Shown here: positions 1-10,637 of the stretch, in pieces
Numbering within the stretch: position 1 is the first letter of the stretch
Layout of the letters: each line of letters opens with the position of its first letter
From: Chrysochromulina tobinii
Taxonomy: Eukaryota
Reading direction: 5' to 3'
Length of the DNA: 38,576 bases
Assembly (NCBI GenBank): GCA_001275005.1
Contig: JWZX01003036.1
Location: forward strand, 1 to 38,576
Program-made: the position numbers and the translations under genes
The notes under the pieces: generated by a model
What the model was told of the DNA's origin: nothing
Seen by the model: only the letters and a program-made list of their open reading frames with translations
The model's database searches: none

Positions 1-409
1 CACGAGCACACCAAGCCGAGGCGCTCGGAAGGATGCGACGCAAGCCAACGGCCCGCGATCTGGGCGTGATCCCCAGCCTCCAGCCACGTGTACCGGTAGA
101 TGTCGTGTTCGTCCCGACCCGTTTCTGAACCAGAACCGGTACGCTTCTGTGTGAGCAGGAGGTCTCGTTCCGTCTCTAGAACCGTCAAGTAGGGGACAGG
201 AGCCTGGCAACCGACCGCTTGGTCCGACCGCCCGGAGCCACAAGGCCATCTACAGAGAGGAAGTCTCGTACATGTATTGGTCTACTACAAGGGGTCAACA
301 AGTAGGGGACAGTTTCTGAATTTTTATCTCAGTAAAACATGCATGCAATTCTCTAATGCGTCACGGGCTTTCTTCGTGCACTGCACAAACACGATTTTAT
401 TTCACGATT

Positions 410-883
410 ATGTCACAGCGAACCTATAATGCTTACTTACGCTATGAGGCCATCCGTCGCGAAGAGAGCACAAGTTCAGCCGTGAACGCGGAGGTCCTCA
501 CAAGGCCGCGCGCCGAGCTCATTATCGCAGCGGCGGCACCAGCGGCACCACCGGCACCACCGGCAGCAACGGCAGTGAGAATACCAGCGCGAGGGCGGAC
601 GGCCGCCATGGTCGCCGCTGAGCGACACGCTGAGGCTGAGAGGGCATTCGTACGGGCCAATGCGAGCATGGAGCGAGCGGAGCTCCGGCATCAATCAACT
701 GTTGTAGAGGCACGTGAGGAGCAGCAGACGCGTGAGCGAGAGCGTGTCGTCTCCGAGCAAGGTGCTGCTCGCCGCAGGCAAGCCGAGGATGCGGCAGAAG
801 CGAGCAGACAAATGTCGCTCGATCACCTGATTTCGATTTCCAAGGGCCCGGTTAGCGCGAGCATCAATGAATTCCGAAGGTGA
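410..883 (+). CDS. Hypothetical Ala/Glu/Arg-rich protein, doubtful
   Basis: Open frame from ATG 410 with coiled-coil-like composition. No recognisable domain. Confidence 0.25.
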   Translation: MSQRTYNAYLRYEAIRREESTSSAVNAEVLTRPRAELIIAAAAPAAPPAPPAATAVRIPARGRTAAMVAAERHAEAERAFVRANASMERAELRHQSTVVEAREEQQTRERERVVSEQGAARRRQAEDAAEASRQMSLDHLISISKGPVSASINEFRR

Positions 884-1108
884 CCTTCTTCTCGATCCTG
901 TTCCAAGAGTGTGTGGGGGGGGTCGGATGTGAGCGACGCGGACAAGGTGGATAAAATCCCGTTATGTGCACTTAAACAACGCATCTAGCCTGAAGTGAGC
1001 CGCCACGCCGTGAATTCACAGTGCGCGCGAGGCACTCCATGCACGCACACACGAGGAGAGCTCTCACCGTCACACACGCGCCGGTTTGGACGCCGCGCCG
1101 TGTGAGTG

Positions 1109-2279
1109 ATGACGGCCAACGCCGCCGTGCCTCTGCTCGTCCTTTTTTACGACGACAGGTACAATGAAACGCGCGATCGGCACACGATGCCCGTGTACCG
1201 CAGCCTCGACCGCGAGAACATTCCATTCCTCGTTGGCAGTCCGGAGGGTACCATCAGCGTCGGCCGGCCTGGCGACGGGCCGGCCGATCGCAAGCTGTTG
1301 CACTATCGGCCTGGACACAAGATACGATGGCTTCTCCAGGTACTGCCCACGGTGCGTTCTGAGCTTGTGCTTCTGCTCGACACCGATATCCTCTGGCTGT
1401 GCAGTGCGGCCGAGGTGATCGAGAAGCGCGTGAAGATGCTCGCGCAAAGGGAGCTGGCGGCAGCACGCACCGTCATCCTCTTCGGAGAGAAGGGCATGTG
1501 GCCGCCGTACCAGGAGTTTCGCGGCGTGCAGCTCCGCTACAATGAGACGTCGGGCTACCCGCCCGCGACAACGCGTGAGCCCTTCCGTTTCGTGAACGCC
1601 GGCGCGGCGCTCGGGCGGCCTCGCGACGTGCTCGCCATGCTCGAATGCATGCAGGCACGGTACGAGGGCTTCCCGGACGCATGCCCCGCTGGCCATGGCC
1701 CGGACGGCGAGCTGCGATATTATTCGCCCAATCGATCCTACGTGCCACCGCCGTTAATGGTGCCGAGTCGGCTGACCAAGTATCATGGGATGCGGCTGCG
1801 CGGGAGCAACTGGGGGTGGGAGCAGGGATGCTTCCACATGTACTACCTCGAGCACGTCCATGCCGAGCTCACGGCTGCGTGCCCTCCGGTCGTGCTCGAC
1901 CGCGCGGCAAGGTGTGATGGCCTCCCTGATAGCCTCCCTGATGACCTCCCTGATGGCCTCACTGATGGCCTCCTGATGATCGCCTGTGCTCGACCGCGCG
2001 GCAAGATGGCTCGTTCACCTGGCAGGTGTGGACGGTACCTCGCTGGCGCTCTCGCGCGCCGACGCCGAGCACGGGCGCCGTGGTGGGCGCCCGCGCGCGC
2101 TGCTCCTGTCGACGGGCGAGCGCCCGTGCGCGCTGCACGCCAACGGCCCTTCCAAGGCCTCGCTCAAGCCGTTGGCCGAGTGGTGGAATGGCAGTGGCGG
2201 TGTAATCCGAAAGTTCTGGCCATCTGCTGGCCGGGGACCCGTACTTTTGAAGCTCCGAGAAAGAGCGCGACGAGTATAA
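1109..2279 (+). CDS. PLOD-type (procollagen lysyl hydroxylase GT-domain-like) glycosyltransferase; exons 1109-1911 and 2006-2279
   Basis: Motifs HKIRWL, LLLDTDIL (DxD), ILFGEKGMWP, FRFVNAG and EQGCF. Removing GT-AG intron 1912-2005 joins VLDRAAR to WLVHLAG...CALHANGPSK, restoring the HxNG motif typical of this family. Confidence 0.7.
1912..2005 (+). other. GT-AG intron (94 nt) ending in a 20-bp copy of the upstream exon end
   Basis: GTGCTCGACCGCGCGGCAAG occurs at 1892-1911 and 1986-2005. The interior is reiterated TGATGGCCTCCC-like units. Removal restores the frame. Confidence 0.85.
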
Positions 2280-2440
2280 TCTTCTGTGGTGTGAGTTCAA
2301 TTTTTGCTTGCTTGGGGTGGGCTCGTTTAGAGAACCGGCGGCGGCGTCTCGCGGACTATCGGTGTCATTTTACCGGTAGGAGGGGCGCGCGCCGTGACAT
2401 GCCGTGAAATGGCCGAAACTCGCCGACCTTCGCCGACTAC

Positions 2441-5293
2441 ATGGCGGCGCCCGTCCTGAAGCCCGGCGCCGCCACCGCCCGCGCAGGCTCGCTGATTTAC
2501 CGCGACATCCACGCGCCTCGCGACTTGCTTCCCGATCTCGCCGCCGCACTGGCCAGCCACGATCGGGAGCTCATCTTGCTCACGAGCAACGACGACCAGT
2601 ATGACCTCGCAGTCAACCTGATCGCCAACCTAGCCACGTTCGGGCTGCATAACCACGTCTTGCTGACGGACAATGCGGTGCTCTCGGTGCACGCGAGTCG
2701 GCAGGGTGCCGTCGCAGCCGTGTGGAGCACGATGCTAGATAGCTACACGGAGCGACCGGCGGTCGGCCCTGACTGCCCTGCAGGCTGCCACGACCCGGAT
2801 CCGCGCACCTCCGGTCGCACACATACTCCGCTGCGATGCCGGCGCACCGCGCCCGATGCCGCATCAGCGGGCGCCGAGTCCTGCCCACCCTCGCCCGCAG
2901 CGTTTTACCGCGCGGACGCGGTGCGCCGGCTCTGGCTGATGCGCTATCACTACGCAGCGCGGCTCGTGGGCTTGCGGTACCGCGTGCTCGTGCTTGACTC
3001 GGACTCGATCGTGTTGACGAACCCGTACCCTCTGCTGCGTGCGCTCGCACACGAGGTCCGCCCCCTCGGACTCGCGGTCGGCGTGGAGGACGTAGGCGCC
3101 TGGCCCGACATGTCGATCAACGGAGGCACCTGGTATCTGAGCGCGCGGCCGGGTGGGCCGGTGCAGGACTTGTTTGCATCGGTGATGGAGCACGCGCGGC
3201 GCGTGCTCGACGCCTACCCAGCACGGCGCATTTTGGACACGAGCCCCAAGGTGCGGCGGGGCAAGGCGGCCGATTTTTTGCTCTTCGACCAGACCTTAGT
3301 CAACGTCGCCCTGCTCTCGCGATGTCTCGGGCGCCCTGTCAACCTCACCTCCTCCGAGTCCGTTCGAATGGCGACCGGGGCTGATGAGCGGCAGCGCGTT
3401 CAGTGGAAGCGCGCATGCTGCTACGCCGCACCTTCAGAGCTCGGTCACCCGCCGTGGCGCGCTGGCGACGAGGCACAGCAAAAGGGCACCGGCTTGTTGT
3501 TGTGCGGCGGCGGCGGCGGCGGCGGCAGAGGCGGCGCGAGCGGCGTCCGCGGCATGCCGGTGCACTTGCAAGGCTTCAATCCGCGGCACATTTCGGCGCT
3601 GCTCGGCGGCGGCGGCACCTCTGCCGGCTGCGATCCGAGCAGCGTGCCGTATGGTACTGCCTATGAGCTTCGGTACCACCTCCTCCGCAACCACAGCCCC
3701 GAGGAGTCGAGATCGTACCTCCCCGAGATTGCATCTCTCTCTGAGCTTGCATCTCGGGAGATTGCATCTCTCTCCGAGCTTGCATCGCGCCCGCCCACCC
3801 AACGGCCGTCGGTACCGGTACCAGTACGTGCACCCCTTGCCGGAGTTTGCGGCGAGCGTTGTGTGCCACGGGACGTCTGCGCCAGGCTGTGTGCGCGCCG
3901 GGCGGGCGCCGTCACGGTCGCAGCCGCCCAGGTGTGTGCGCGCGACAGGTCGTGTGCAAATTGGAGCCGCTTCAGCGACGAAGGTCAAGAGGCGGTGCTC
4001 AAATCGCCACCTTGGCTCTTTGCTTCGGAGAGCGATCGCGACGGCAAGAGTGGGCGTGCGCATGCCACCTTCTGGGGCGCGCGCCCACCGCCCGCCGCCA
4101 TCATTCACTTCGTCTGCTCCAGCTGGCCGGGCTCTGACGGGCGGCGCGCGGCGATGCGCCTGTGGGGGCACTGGCATGCTGCGGACGTGTATGCGGAGGC
4201 GCCCGAGAGGGGACGTGCCCTCATCGAGTTTCGTCAACGCGGGTTCGTCAGCTTCGACGCCCCGGTGGACGCGGCTCGACCGGCGGCGCTCATGCCGTAC
4301 CTGAGGCTGCTCACTCTGGTGGCGCACGCCACAGGTCGAACGCCGAGCCTACCGGTCGTGCGCTGCGACGCCGAAGGGCAGGCGTGGGTGGAGGAACGCA
4401 TCGATGCGCGCACCGGCTGGCCTACGAGCCAACGCGACGGCAAAGGCAAGGGCAGCAAAGGCAAAGGCGGCGGAGGCGGCGGTGTCAGCGGCATGGATGA
4501 TCGATCGGGCCGCGGGCGCCCCTGTGGCTGGGCGTTCCACCACATCGCTGAGCGCTCGAGCACTGTGGAACTAGAGGAGCCCCTCTGCGTGCAGCGCCCA
4601 TTGGAAGGGTGCTTCCTCGCCTTTGCGACCCCGGATGAGCTCGCACCGCACGTGCCGCTCGGATTTTGGCGACGCTTCGCCGCGCGTGGCCGCACACCAG
4701 CCAGCACACCAGCCAGCACACCAGCCAGCACACCAGCCAGCACACCAGCCAGCACACCAGCCAGCACACCAGCCAGCACACCAGCCAGCGCACAGCCGGG
4801 AGCAGTCACGGAGACAGTCCTGTCCGCCGCCACCGCCGAGGTCGAGGCGCGTCAGCACGCCACCCCCACCGTCGAGGCGGACGCACATGAGTTTCGTCGA
4901 GTTTCGTCGAGTTTCGCCAAAGGCCCACCCACCGTCGAGGCGGACGCACCGCCGCTCCTCAGCCTCTTCGACGGCGCCAACGGTCGCAACCTGACTCTTG
5001 ACGATCTCTCGCGACGCACGCGCCCATACGTGCTGCCCACGACGACGCTTCCCACGACGTTTCCCACGAGCGCAGGCGCGACCGCAGCGCGCGTGCCGCT
5101 GCTTCTGATTGGGACGCCCAGTGCGGCGCTTCTGGCTCAGCAACCGCTGCTCGAGAAAGAAAGAGTAGGCGAGGCGCTGCGCACGATCAACCGGGGCTCT
5201 CTCGTGCCCACCAACGGCCCCGCGCGCTGGGGAGCGACTTGGATGCAGTGCATGCGCATGGTGCTGAACAACAAGTGCGCCGCCGTCTGTTAG
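2441..5293 (+). CDS. Nucleotide-diphospho-sugar transferase-like (GT77-like) glycosyltransferase; may contain in-frame introns
   Basis: 950-aa ORF with LAVNLIANL, LWLMRYHYAARLVGLRYRVLVLDSDSIVLTNPY (DxD), INGGTWY, FDQTLVN and IIHF motifs. Confidence 0.65.
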   Translation: MAAPVLKPGAATARAGSLIYRDIHAPRDLLPDLAAALASHDRELILLTSNDDQYDLAVNLIANLATFGLHNHVLLTDNAVLSVHASRQGAVAAVWSTMLDSYTERPAVGPDCPAGCHDPDPRTSGRTHTPLRCRRTAPDAASAGAESCPPSPAAFYRADAVRRLWLMRYHYAARLVGLRYRVLVLDSDSIVLTNPYPLLRALAHEVRPLGLAVGVEDVGAWPDMSINGGTWYLSARPGGPVQDLFASVMEHARRVLDAYPARRILDTSPKVRRGKAADFLLFDQTLVNVALLSRCLGRPVNLTSSESVRMATGADERQRVQWKRACCYAAPSELGHPPWRAGDEAQQKGTGLLLCGGGGGGGRGGASGVRGMPVHLQGFNPRHISALLGGGGTSAGCDPSSVPYGTAYELRYHLLRNHSPEESRSYLPEIASLSELASREIASLSELASRPPTQRPSVPVPVRAPLAGVCGERCVPRDVCARLCARRAGAVTVAAAQVCARDRSCANWSRFSDEGQEAVLKSPPWLFASESDRDGKSGRAHATFWGARPPPAAIIHFVCSSWPGSDGRRAAMRLWGHWHAADVYAEAPERGRALIEFRQRGFVSFDAPVDAARPAALMPYLRLLTLVAHATGRTPSLPVVRCDAEGQAWVEERIDARTGWPTSQRDGKGKGSKGKGGGGGGVSGMDDRSGRGRPCGWAFHHIAERSSTVELEEPLCVQRPLEGCFLAFATPDELAPHVPLGFWRRFAARGRTPASTPASTPASTPASTPASTPASTPASTPASAQPGAVTETVLSAATAEVEARQHATPTVEADAHEFRRVSSSFAKGPPTVEADAPPLLSLFDGANGRNLTLDDLSRRTRPYVLPTTTLPTTFPTSAGATAARVPLLLIGTPSAALLAQQPLLEKERVGEALRTINRGSLVPTNGPARWGATWMQCMRMVLNNKCAAVC
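4694..4789 (+). repeat. 12-bp tandem repeat ACACCAGCCAGC x8, encoding (TPAS)n
   Basis: Perfect tandem array visible in the sequence. Confidence 0.95.
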
Positions 5294-5506
5294 GTTTGAA
5301 AACGGGATATTTCACTCACAGCATCATCTGTGAACGCGTAGTCGTGGTTTTCTTGGACCGGACGCGACAGACGTGTCAAGCAAAGAACGTAATCACGACA
5401 CATGCGACGCTGTGGGGGCGACGAACGAGTGTGAAAAAGCGTGTGTGAAACTGGAAAACAACGGTCGGACCCGCGCTTCGCGGCAGGTGCGCTGCGCTTC
5501 GTGTGG

Positions 5507-7804
5507 ATGCCAGCCTGGACTGGAGGGGAGACCCGAGACAAATCAGCCGAGGAGGCGATCGACTTCTCGGGGACAGAGCGCGCCTTCCTGTGCGAGCCGC
5601 TAGCCGAGGAGGCCTGCCGCAAGGCGGGCGTGCTGCTCGAGGAACTGCGCCCGCGCTCGTATGCCTCGTTCTCCGTCAAGGGCCAGGATGAGTGGCTGCA
5701 GCAGAAGCGGAGTGACGCGTACGAACAGAGGCGGCAGTTCAAGTGGCGACTCGTGCGTGAGCAGCACGCTCGCCTTGAGGCGGAGGACGCCAAGCGTCGG
5801 ACCCTGAAGGCCATCGAGGCCAGTGCCGGCGCTGCGGCTGGAGGTGCGAGCGTGGCGCAGCGGCAGCACGAGGCGGCGCTGAAGATCGTGGTGGAGCGGC
5901 AGACGCGCCTTCTCGAGAATGAGCTGCGTTCCGAGGCGCAGCGCCAGCGCATCGAGCGCAAGCAGGAGGCGGCGGCACAGGCGCGCGCCGAGTCGGCGAA
6001 CGAGCGCTCACGGGCAATCGAGGCGGCGAGGAGCAGCCGAGAGCTCATGTACGAGGTGCGCGGCGCGCGGCGCGAACTTGAGGATCGGCTCGGGCAGCCG
6101 ACGCCGCGCCCGGCGCGCCCGGCCTCAGCGCCGCACGCGCGGCCATCGAGCGGCGGCATCGGCTGCGGCGGCGGCGGCAGCGGCAGCGCGCGGAGCGCGA
6201 CGGGCGAGGCGGTCCGGCAGCGTGAGGAGGCGCAGCGCAAGCAGCAGCGCGCCATGGTGGAGGCGAAGATGGCGGCCAAGGAGGCGAGCACGGCGCGCCG
6301 ACGGGAGGCCGTTGCGACTGAGCGTGAGGTGCGCCGCCTCTACGCGGAGCAGATGAGGTTACGTCATGAAGAGCGCAAGGCGGCTTGCGAGCTGCAGGTG
6401 ATGCAATCGAAGATGCGCACGATGCGCGAGCTGCTCGACAAGCAGGAGAAGGCGCAGCATGAGCGTGATCGGCGCAACGCGGCCATCAAGAACGGCGAGG
6501 GGATCCTAGGGTCCTTGGTACGCAGTGCATCCGACGGCGCCCTCGGCGGCGGCTACGGGGGCCGTAGTGGCTACGGCGACGGCGGCTACGGCAGCGACGG
6601 CGGCGCGGGTGCCGGCGGCGAGGAGAATGCTCAGAACTCGCGCCAGGCGCGGGAGGAGAAGCGTAAGAATGTGGCCGCACGCCTGCAGCAAGCGCACGAG
6701 CGCCTGGCACACAAGCAGAAGCAGCAGCAAGAGGAGTTTGCTCTCAAGGAGAAGAAGGCCGACATGGCGCGTGCGCTCGCGGCGCAGGCGGCCGAGGCGG
6801 CGCGGCAGCAGGCGGCCGCCAGGCAGTTCGAGCACGAGCAGCGGAGCCAAGCGGCCGCCCTCGCCGCCGACCTCGCCCTCGAAGCGAAGCGCGCCAAGGT
6901 GCAGAGTGCCGCGGAACTGCAGGCGAGGCGTACGGAGGATTCGAAGAAACGGGTCGACGAGGAGCGAAGGCGCAAGCGGATCGAGGCGGAGGTGAGGGAG
7001 GAGGCGCAGCGCGAGAATGCCGAGCGCGTGCGCCGCGCTGAGCAGTACCGGATCAAGGAGACTGAGCGTTCGATTGAAGACAAGGACAGGCGTTACGACG
7101 AGAAGCGTCAGAATGCGGAGCAGCAGCAGAAGATGCGGCTCGCGTACCAGATCGCACGGGCGAAACAGGAGGAGGCCCTGCAGGCGAAGCTCAATGCGCG
7201 CGCGCACCAGGAGCTGCAGAGTTTAGGCAGCGCGCGTGCGACGCCCGCCGCGCTTGCGACGGCGCTCGAGGCGTACGAGCCTGTGAGGCACGAGCCGCCG
7301 CCGCCGCGAATGCGCCCGCGAGGACGCGAGGGCAGGCGCGACGCTGGCGGCGGCGGCGGCGAGGGCGACGGGGCTGGAGGGGGCGAGGCGGCGGTGCTCG
7401 AGACGGCGCGCGATGGGCGGCGGAGGCGCCGCGAGGCCAGCTCGGAGGCGGCAGAGCCGGCGCTCGCGACGGCGCCCCACGGCGACACGCGTGCTGACAG
7501 CGCCGCCGCGACGGCCGACGGCGGGTACGGGCGCAGCACGCAGCAGTTGAAGGCCTATGCCGCCATCGAGAGGCTGCGCGCTCGCCAGAACGCCGAGCTG
7601 CGCGCGGCCGTTGAGGCTGAGCAGCTCAAGGAGGCTGAGCGCGCACGCATCCTCGAGGCCACAGCCGACGGCGCCGACAAGACGCGCTTGCTCAAGCTGC
7701 TCAAGCTCGAGCGCGAGCGAGCCGACTCGGAGCTCATGGCGCTCACCGCCGAGCACGAGCTGGCCCTCGCGGAGCAATTCGCGAAGCTCGGGGTCACGCG
7801 CTGA
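5507..7804 (+). CDS. Long charged coiled-coil protein; N-terminus weakly resembles CCDC177-like proteins
   Basis: Uninterrupted E/R/K/Q/A-rich ORF with N-terminal EEACRKAGVLLEELRPRS motif. First in-frame ATG is 5507; the true start is uncertain. Confidence 0.7.
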   Translation: MPAWTGGETRDKSAEEAIDFSGTERAFLCEPLAEEACRKAGVLLEELRPRSYASFSVKGQDEWLQQKRSDAYEQRRQFKWRLVREQHARLEAEDAKRRTLKAIEASAGAAAGGASVAQRQHEAALKIVVERQTRLLENELRSEAQRQRIERKQEAAAQARAESANERSRAIEAARSSRELMYEVRGARRELEDRLGQPTPRPARPASAPHARPSSGGIGCGGGGSGSARSATGEAVRQREEAQRKQQRAMVEAKMAAKEASTARRREAVATEREVRRLYAEQMRLRHEERKAACELQVMQSKMRTMRELLDKQEKAQHERDRRNAAIKNGEGILGSLVRSASDGALGGGYGGRSGYGDGGYGSDGGAGAGGEENAQNSRQAREEKRKNVAARLQQAHERLAHKQKQQQEEFALKEKKADMARALAAQAAEAARQQAAARQFEHEQRSQAAALAADLALEAKRAKVQSAAELQARRTEDSKKRVDEERRRKRIEAEVREEAQRENAERVRRAEQYRIKETERSIEDKDRRYDEKRQNAEQQQKMRLAYQIARAKQEEALQAKLNARAHQELQSLGSARATPAALATALEAYEPVRHEPPPPRMRPRGREGRRDAGGGGGEGDGAGGGEAAVLETARDGRRRRREASSEAAEPALATAPHGDTRADSAAATADGGYGRSTQQLKAYAAIERLRARQNAELRAAVEAEQLKEAERARILEATADGADKTRLLKLLKLERERADSELMALTAEHELALAEQFAKLGVTR

Positions 7805-8772
7805 GGGGCAGCCCTCGGGAGTGAGGGGAGACATAAATATGTCACCGTCTCGCGGACGAATCTGGGATCCAGATCCTCAGGTGGGAGGGCGCTCAGGTAA
7901 CGCCTCGCCACGACATTAAGGTAGTCCGCTTATGTTGTACATGGGGCGAAACCTGTGATCTCCAAAAAAACTGTCTGACACTTAAGGGGATTATGGAAGA
8001 AACCGCTCGAGCAAGAGGGAAGAGGTGTTCCGCCCGTGTGGTGCTCCCGCGTTCTTGGCAATGGCATTCGACATTGATGATGTGATGCGTCGATCATGAT
8101 TGAAAAAGTCAAAGTGGTCTTCCGAGTTCGTCCGTGTACAATTGTACCGTGATTCTTCGGAGTGACGGTGCTGAGTTGTGCGTGAGTGAGTGCGGGACTA
8201 TAGCCTCCTCCTGGGGCTACTTGTAGTCTGTTCACATGAACGACGCCGCGGTTTGGCAAGTCGCGTGGAGGAAAAGCGCCCCGCGAGTCGTCCTCTTCGC
8301 TCTTCGTGCTCCGTCGCTCTTCGTGCTCAACGTGCGTCGGTGCGATCGCTGCACGTGCGCACTGTGCCGCCTTCGCACGCGGAATCGATCGAGTCCGCTC
8401 AGGTGCTTTCCTCTATGGTGCCCCGCGGGCAATCCTGCATCTCCGGAGGGAGCACATATCGCGTCTCCCCAGGCGCCGCCTCCTTCCTCTCCACTCCCGC
8501 GCGCTTCACTGCCATGTGACTGCCCAATCCTGAGACCCCGAGCTGGGCTGCTTCTCTCGAGGGCATGCGACTTTCCGTTCGCGATGAGCTTCGGAGCCAC
8601 ATACGCGCACGCGAGTCCCCTCATCCTTGCGGCACGCTGTTGGCTGCTGCATATCTGCGCCGAGACACGTCAAGCGCCCTTCAAGCTTGCAGCCGCTTGT
8701 GTGCCCATATCTCTATGCTGCCGAATCTCGCATGCAGCCTAATCCTCTCTATACTTCTCTCTTGTTCGCAGG

Positions 8773-9838
8773 ATGGTCGCGATGCTCATCAACTTTGTAG
8801 CGGAGAAGACGGATGCGCACAGCGACGGGATCAGGTCGGTGGCGTTTTCCCCAGACGGGACGAAGATTGTGTCTGGATCGGTCGACAAGACGATCAAAGT
8901 CTGGGATTCCGGTGCGCTTTTGCCCTCAAATCGCCCCTCCTCTTGGCCAAACTGATGCCTGCTGGCTTGTCTGGCAGGCAAACTGGAGCTGATGAGCGAG
9001 AAGACGAACGCGCACAGCGAATGGATCTCGTCGGTGGCGTTTTCCCCAGACGGGACCAAGATCGTGTCGGGATCGGGCGACAAGACCATCAAAGTCTGGG
9101 AGTCTGGTGCGCCGCGAACTCAAATCACGCCCCTCCTTGGCCAAAACTGATCCCTGCTGGCTTGTCTGGCAGGCAAGCTGGAGCTGATGAGCGAGAAGAC
9201 GACCGCCCACAGCGACACCATCGGGTCGGTGGCATTTTCCCCGGACGGGACCAAGATTGTGTCCGGATCGGACGACGGGACGATTAAAGTCTGGGATTCG
9301 GGTGCGCCGCGAGCCCTCAAATCGCCCTCCTTGGCCAAAACTGAACCCTGCTGGCTTGTCTGGCAGACAAACTGGAGCTGTTGAGCGAGAAGACCAATGC
9401 CCACAGCCACTTTGTCATGTCGGTGGCGTTTTCCCCGGACGGGACCAAGATTGTGTCCGGATCGGCTGATGGGACGATCAAAGTCTGGGATTTGGGTGCG
9501 CTGAGCCCTCACAATCGCCCCTCCTTGGCCAAAACTGATGCTTGCTGGCTTGTCTGGCAGGCAAGCTGGAGCTGATGAGCGAGAAGACGAATGCGCACAG
9601 CGACTACATCAACTCGGTCGCGTTTTCCCCGGACGGGACCAAGATCATCACCGGATCGGACGACAAGACGATTAAAGTCTGGGATATCATCAATTGGTCT
9701 CGCAAAGATCACTTGATGTTCAACGTTACCACCCAGCGATTTGTCTTGCAGATGCTGTGGCTGAACAAATACATAATGAAGTTTCCTGATGATGTGATTG
9801 ATCTGCTCATCGAAGCTTGCTTGCCGAAGCAGGTGTGA
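8773..9838 (+). CDS. WD40-repeat protein with five repeats; exons 8773-8911, 8978-9106, 9173-9301, 9367-9495, 9561-9838
   Basis: Five [30 protein letters not shown][DE] repeats separated by four near-identical phase-1 GTGCGC...CTGGCAG introns. An acceptor-like TTGTTCGCAG ending at 8771 suggests an additional upstream exon. Confidence 0.9.
8912..9560 (+). repeat. Tandem exon+intron units of about 195 bp; introns at 8912-8977, 9107-9172, 9302-9366, 9496-9560
   Basis: The introns are 65-66 nt and share CCTCC..TTGGCCAAA(A)CTGA...TGCTGGCTTGTCTGGCAG. Internal exons are exactly 129 nt. Confidence 0.9.
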
Positions 9839-10637
9839 GGTGAGGCGGGATGTCGGTAACCGTGCCGTGCATTGTTTGTTTTAGCTCAAAACTGTCAGAA
9901 TCGAACGTGGAAATCCCATTCTGCATACTCTAGTTCACAAACCAGCCCATAACCAGCCCAAAACTTACAATTTTACTAGACAAAAGTCAAAACCCTCTAA
10001 TTTCGCACAGAAAGCACGCACGACGCGTGCGGGATTGGGGATATTTGTCCCATGATTTGTCCACTTCTTTGTGGTAAAGGCTGCGAAACTGCGTTCGGTA
10101 AATTCGGTCAGCGTTCACTGTCGGTGCAGCGTGGAGATAGATCCAGAATTCATATGGATGGGTAGGGCCAAGAAGAAAAAGACCTTCCTAATTTGTGATG
10201 AAAGGCTGCTGCAAAATGAAAGGCGGCAACTCTGCAACTCTGTCATCATCTACTTCAGAAGCCAGCATCGTACGCCACCCGCACGTTTTTTGCAGTGGGG
10301 AAATCGTCTCTCGCGATGGGACCACACTGGTTCCTGGCGTCTCGCCTGGGTCCTCGGCTGCCCCTGGTCTCGGCGTCTGTCGTCGCGATGCCTGACGACG
10401 ACCAGCTTTCAGATCTAGCCAGCGTGCAGATCCGCTCGCATCCACATCTCGCGCAGATCCGCTCGCGCAGTCACCATGGCCACCGTGCGGCCACCGTAAC
10501 CTGAATCACTCCAGGCGGCTGCCAAGCTGCCGTGCGCCACGACACCGTCGTCTCTCGACGCCGCCGTCGTCACGCGACGGCGGCATCGAGTGACTTCTTT
10601 TGCGTTCCCTTCGGGGGGCGCGCCAACGGGCGCGTCT

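Noticed and set aside
2006..2407. C-terminal part of the 433-aa ORF 1106-2407
   Set aside because: It is read-through of intron 1912-2005 in the wrong frame. The spliced frame ends at 2279 and contains the family motif.
3725..3787. 33-nt duplication (EIASLSELASR x2) as another intron
   Set aside because: I could not place convincing donor and acceptor sites, so it is left as an in-frame duplication.
7930..8742. Short ORFs upstream of the WD40 gene
   Set aside because: No domain motifs or coding-like composition. Probably intergenic, UTR or intronic sequence.
8912..9560. CRISPR-like repeat/spacer pattern
   Set aside because: The apparent spacers are homologous WD40 exons and the repeats are GT-AG introns.
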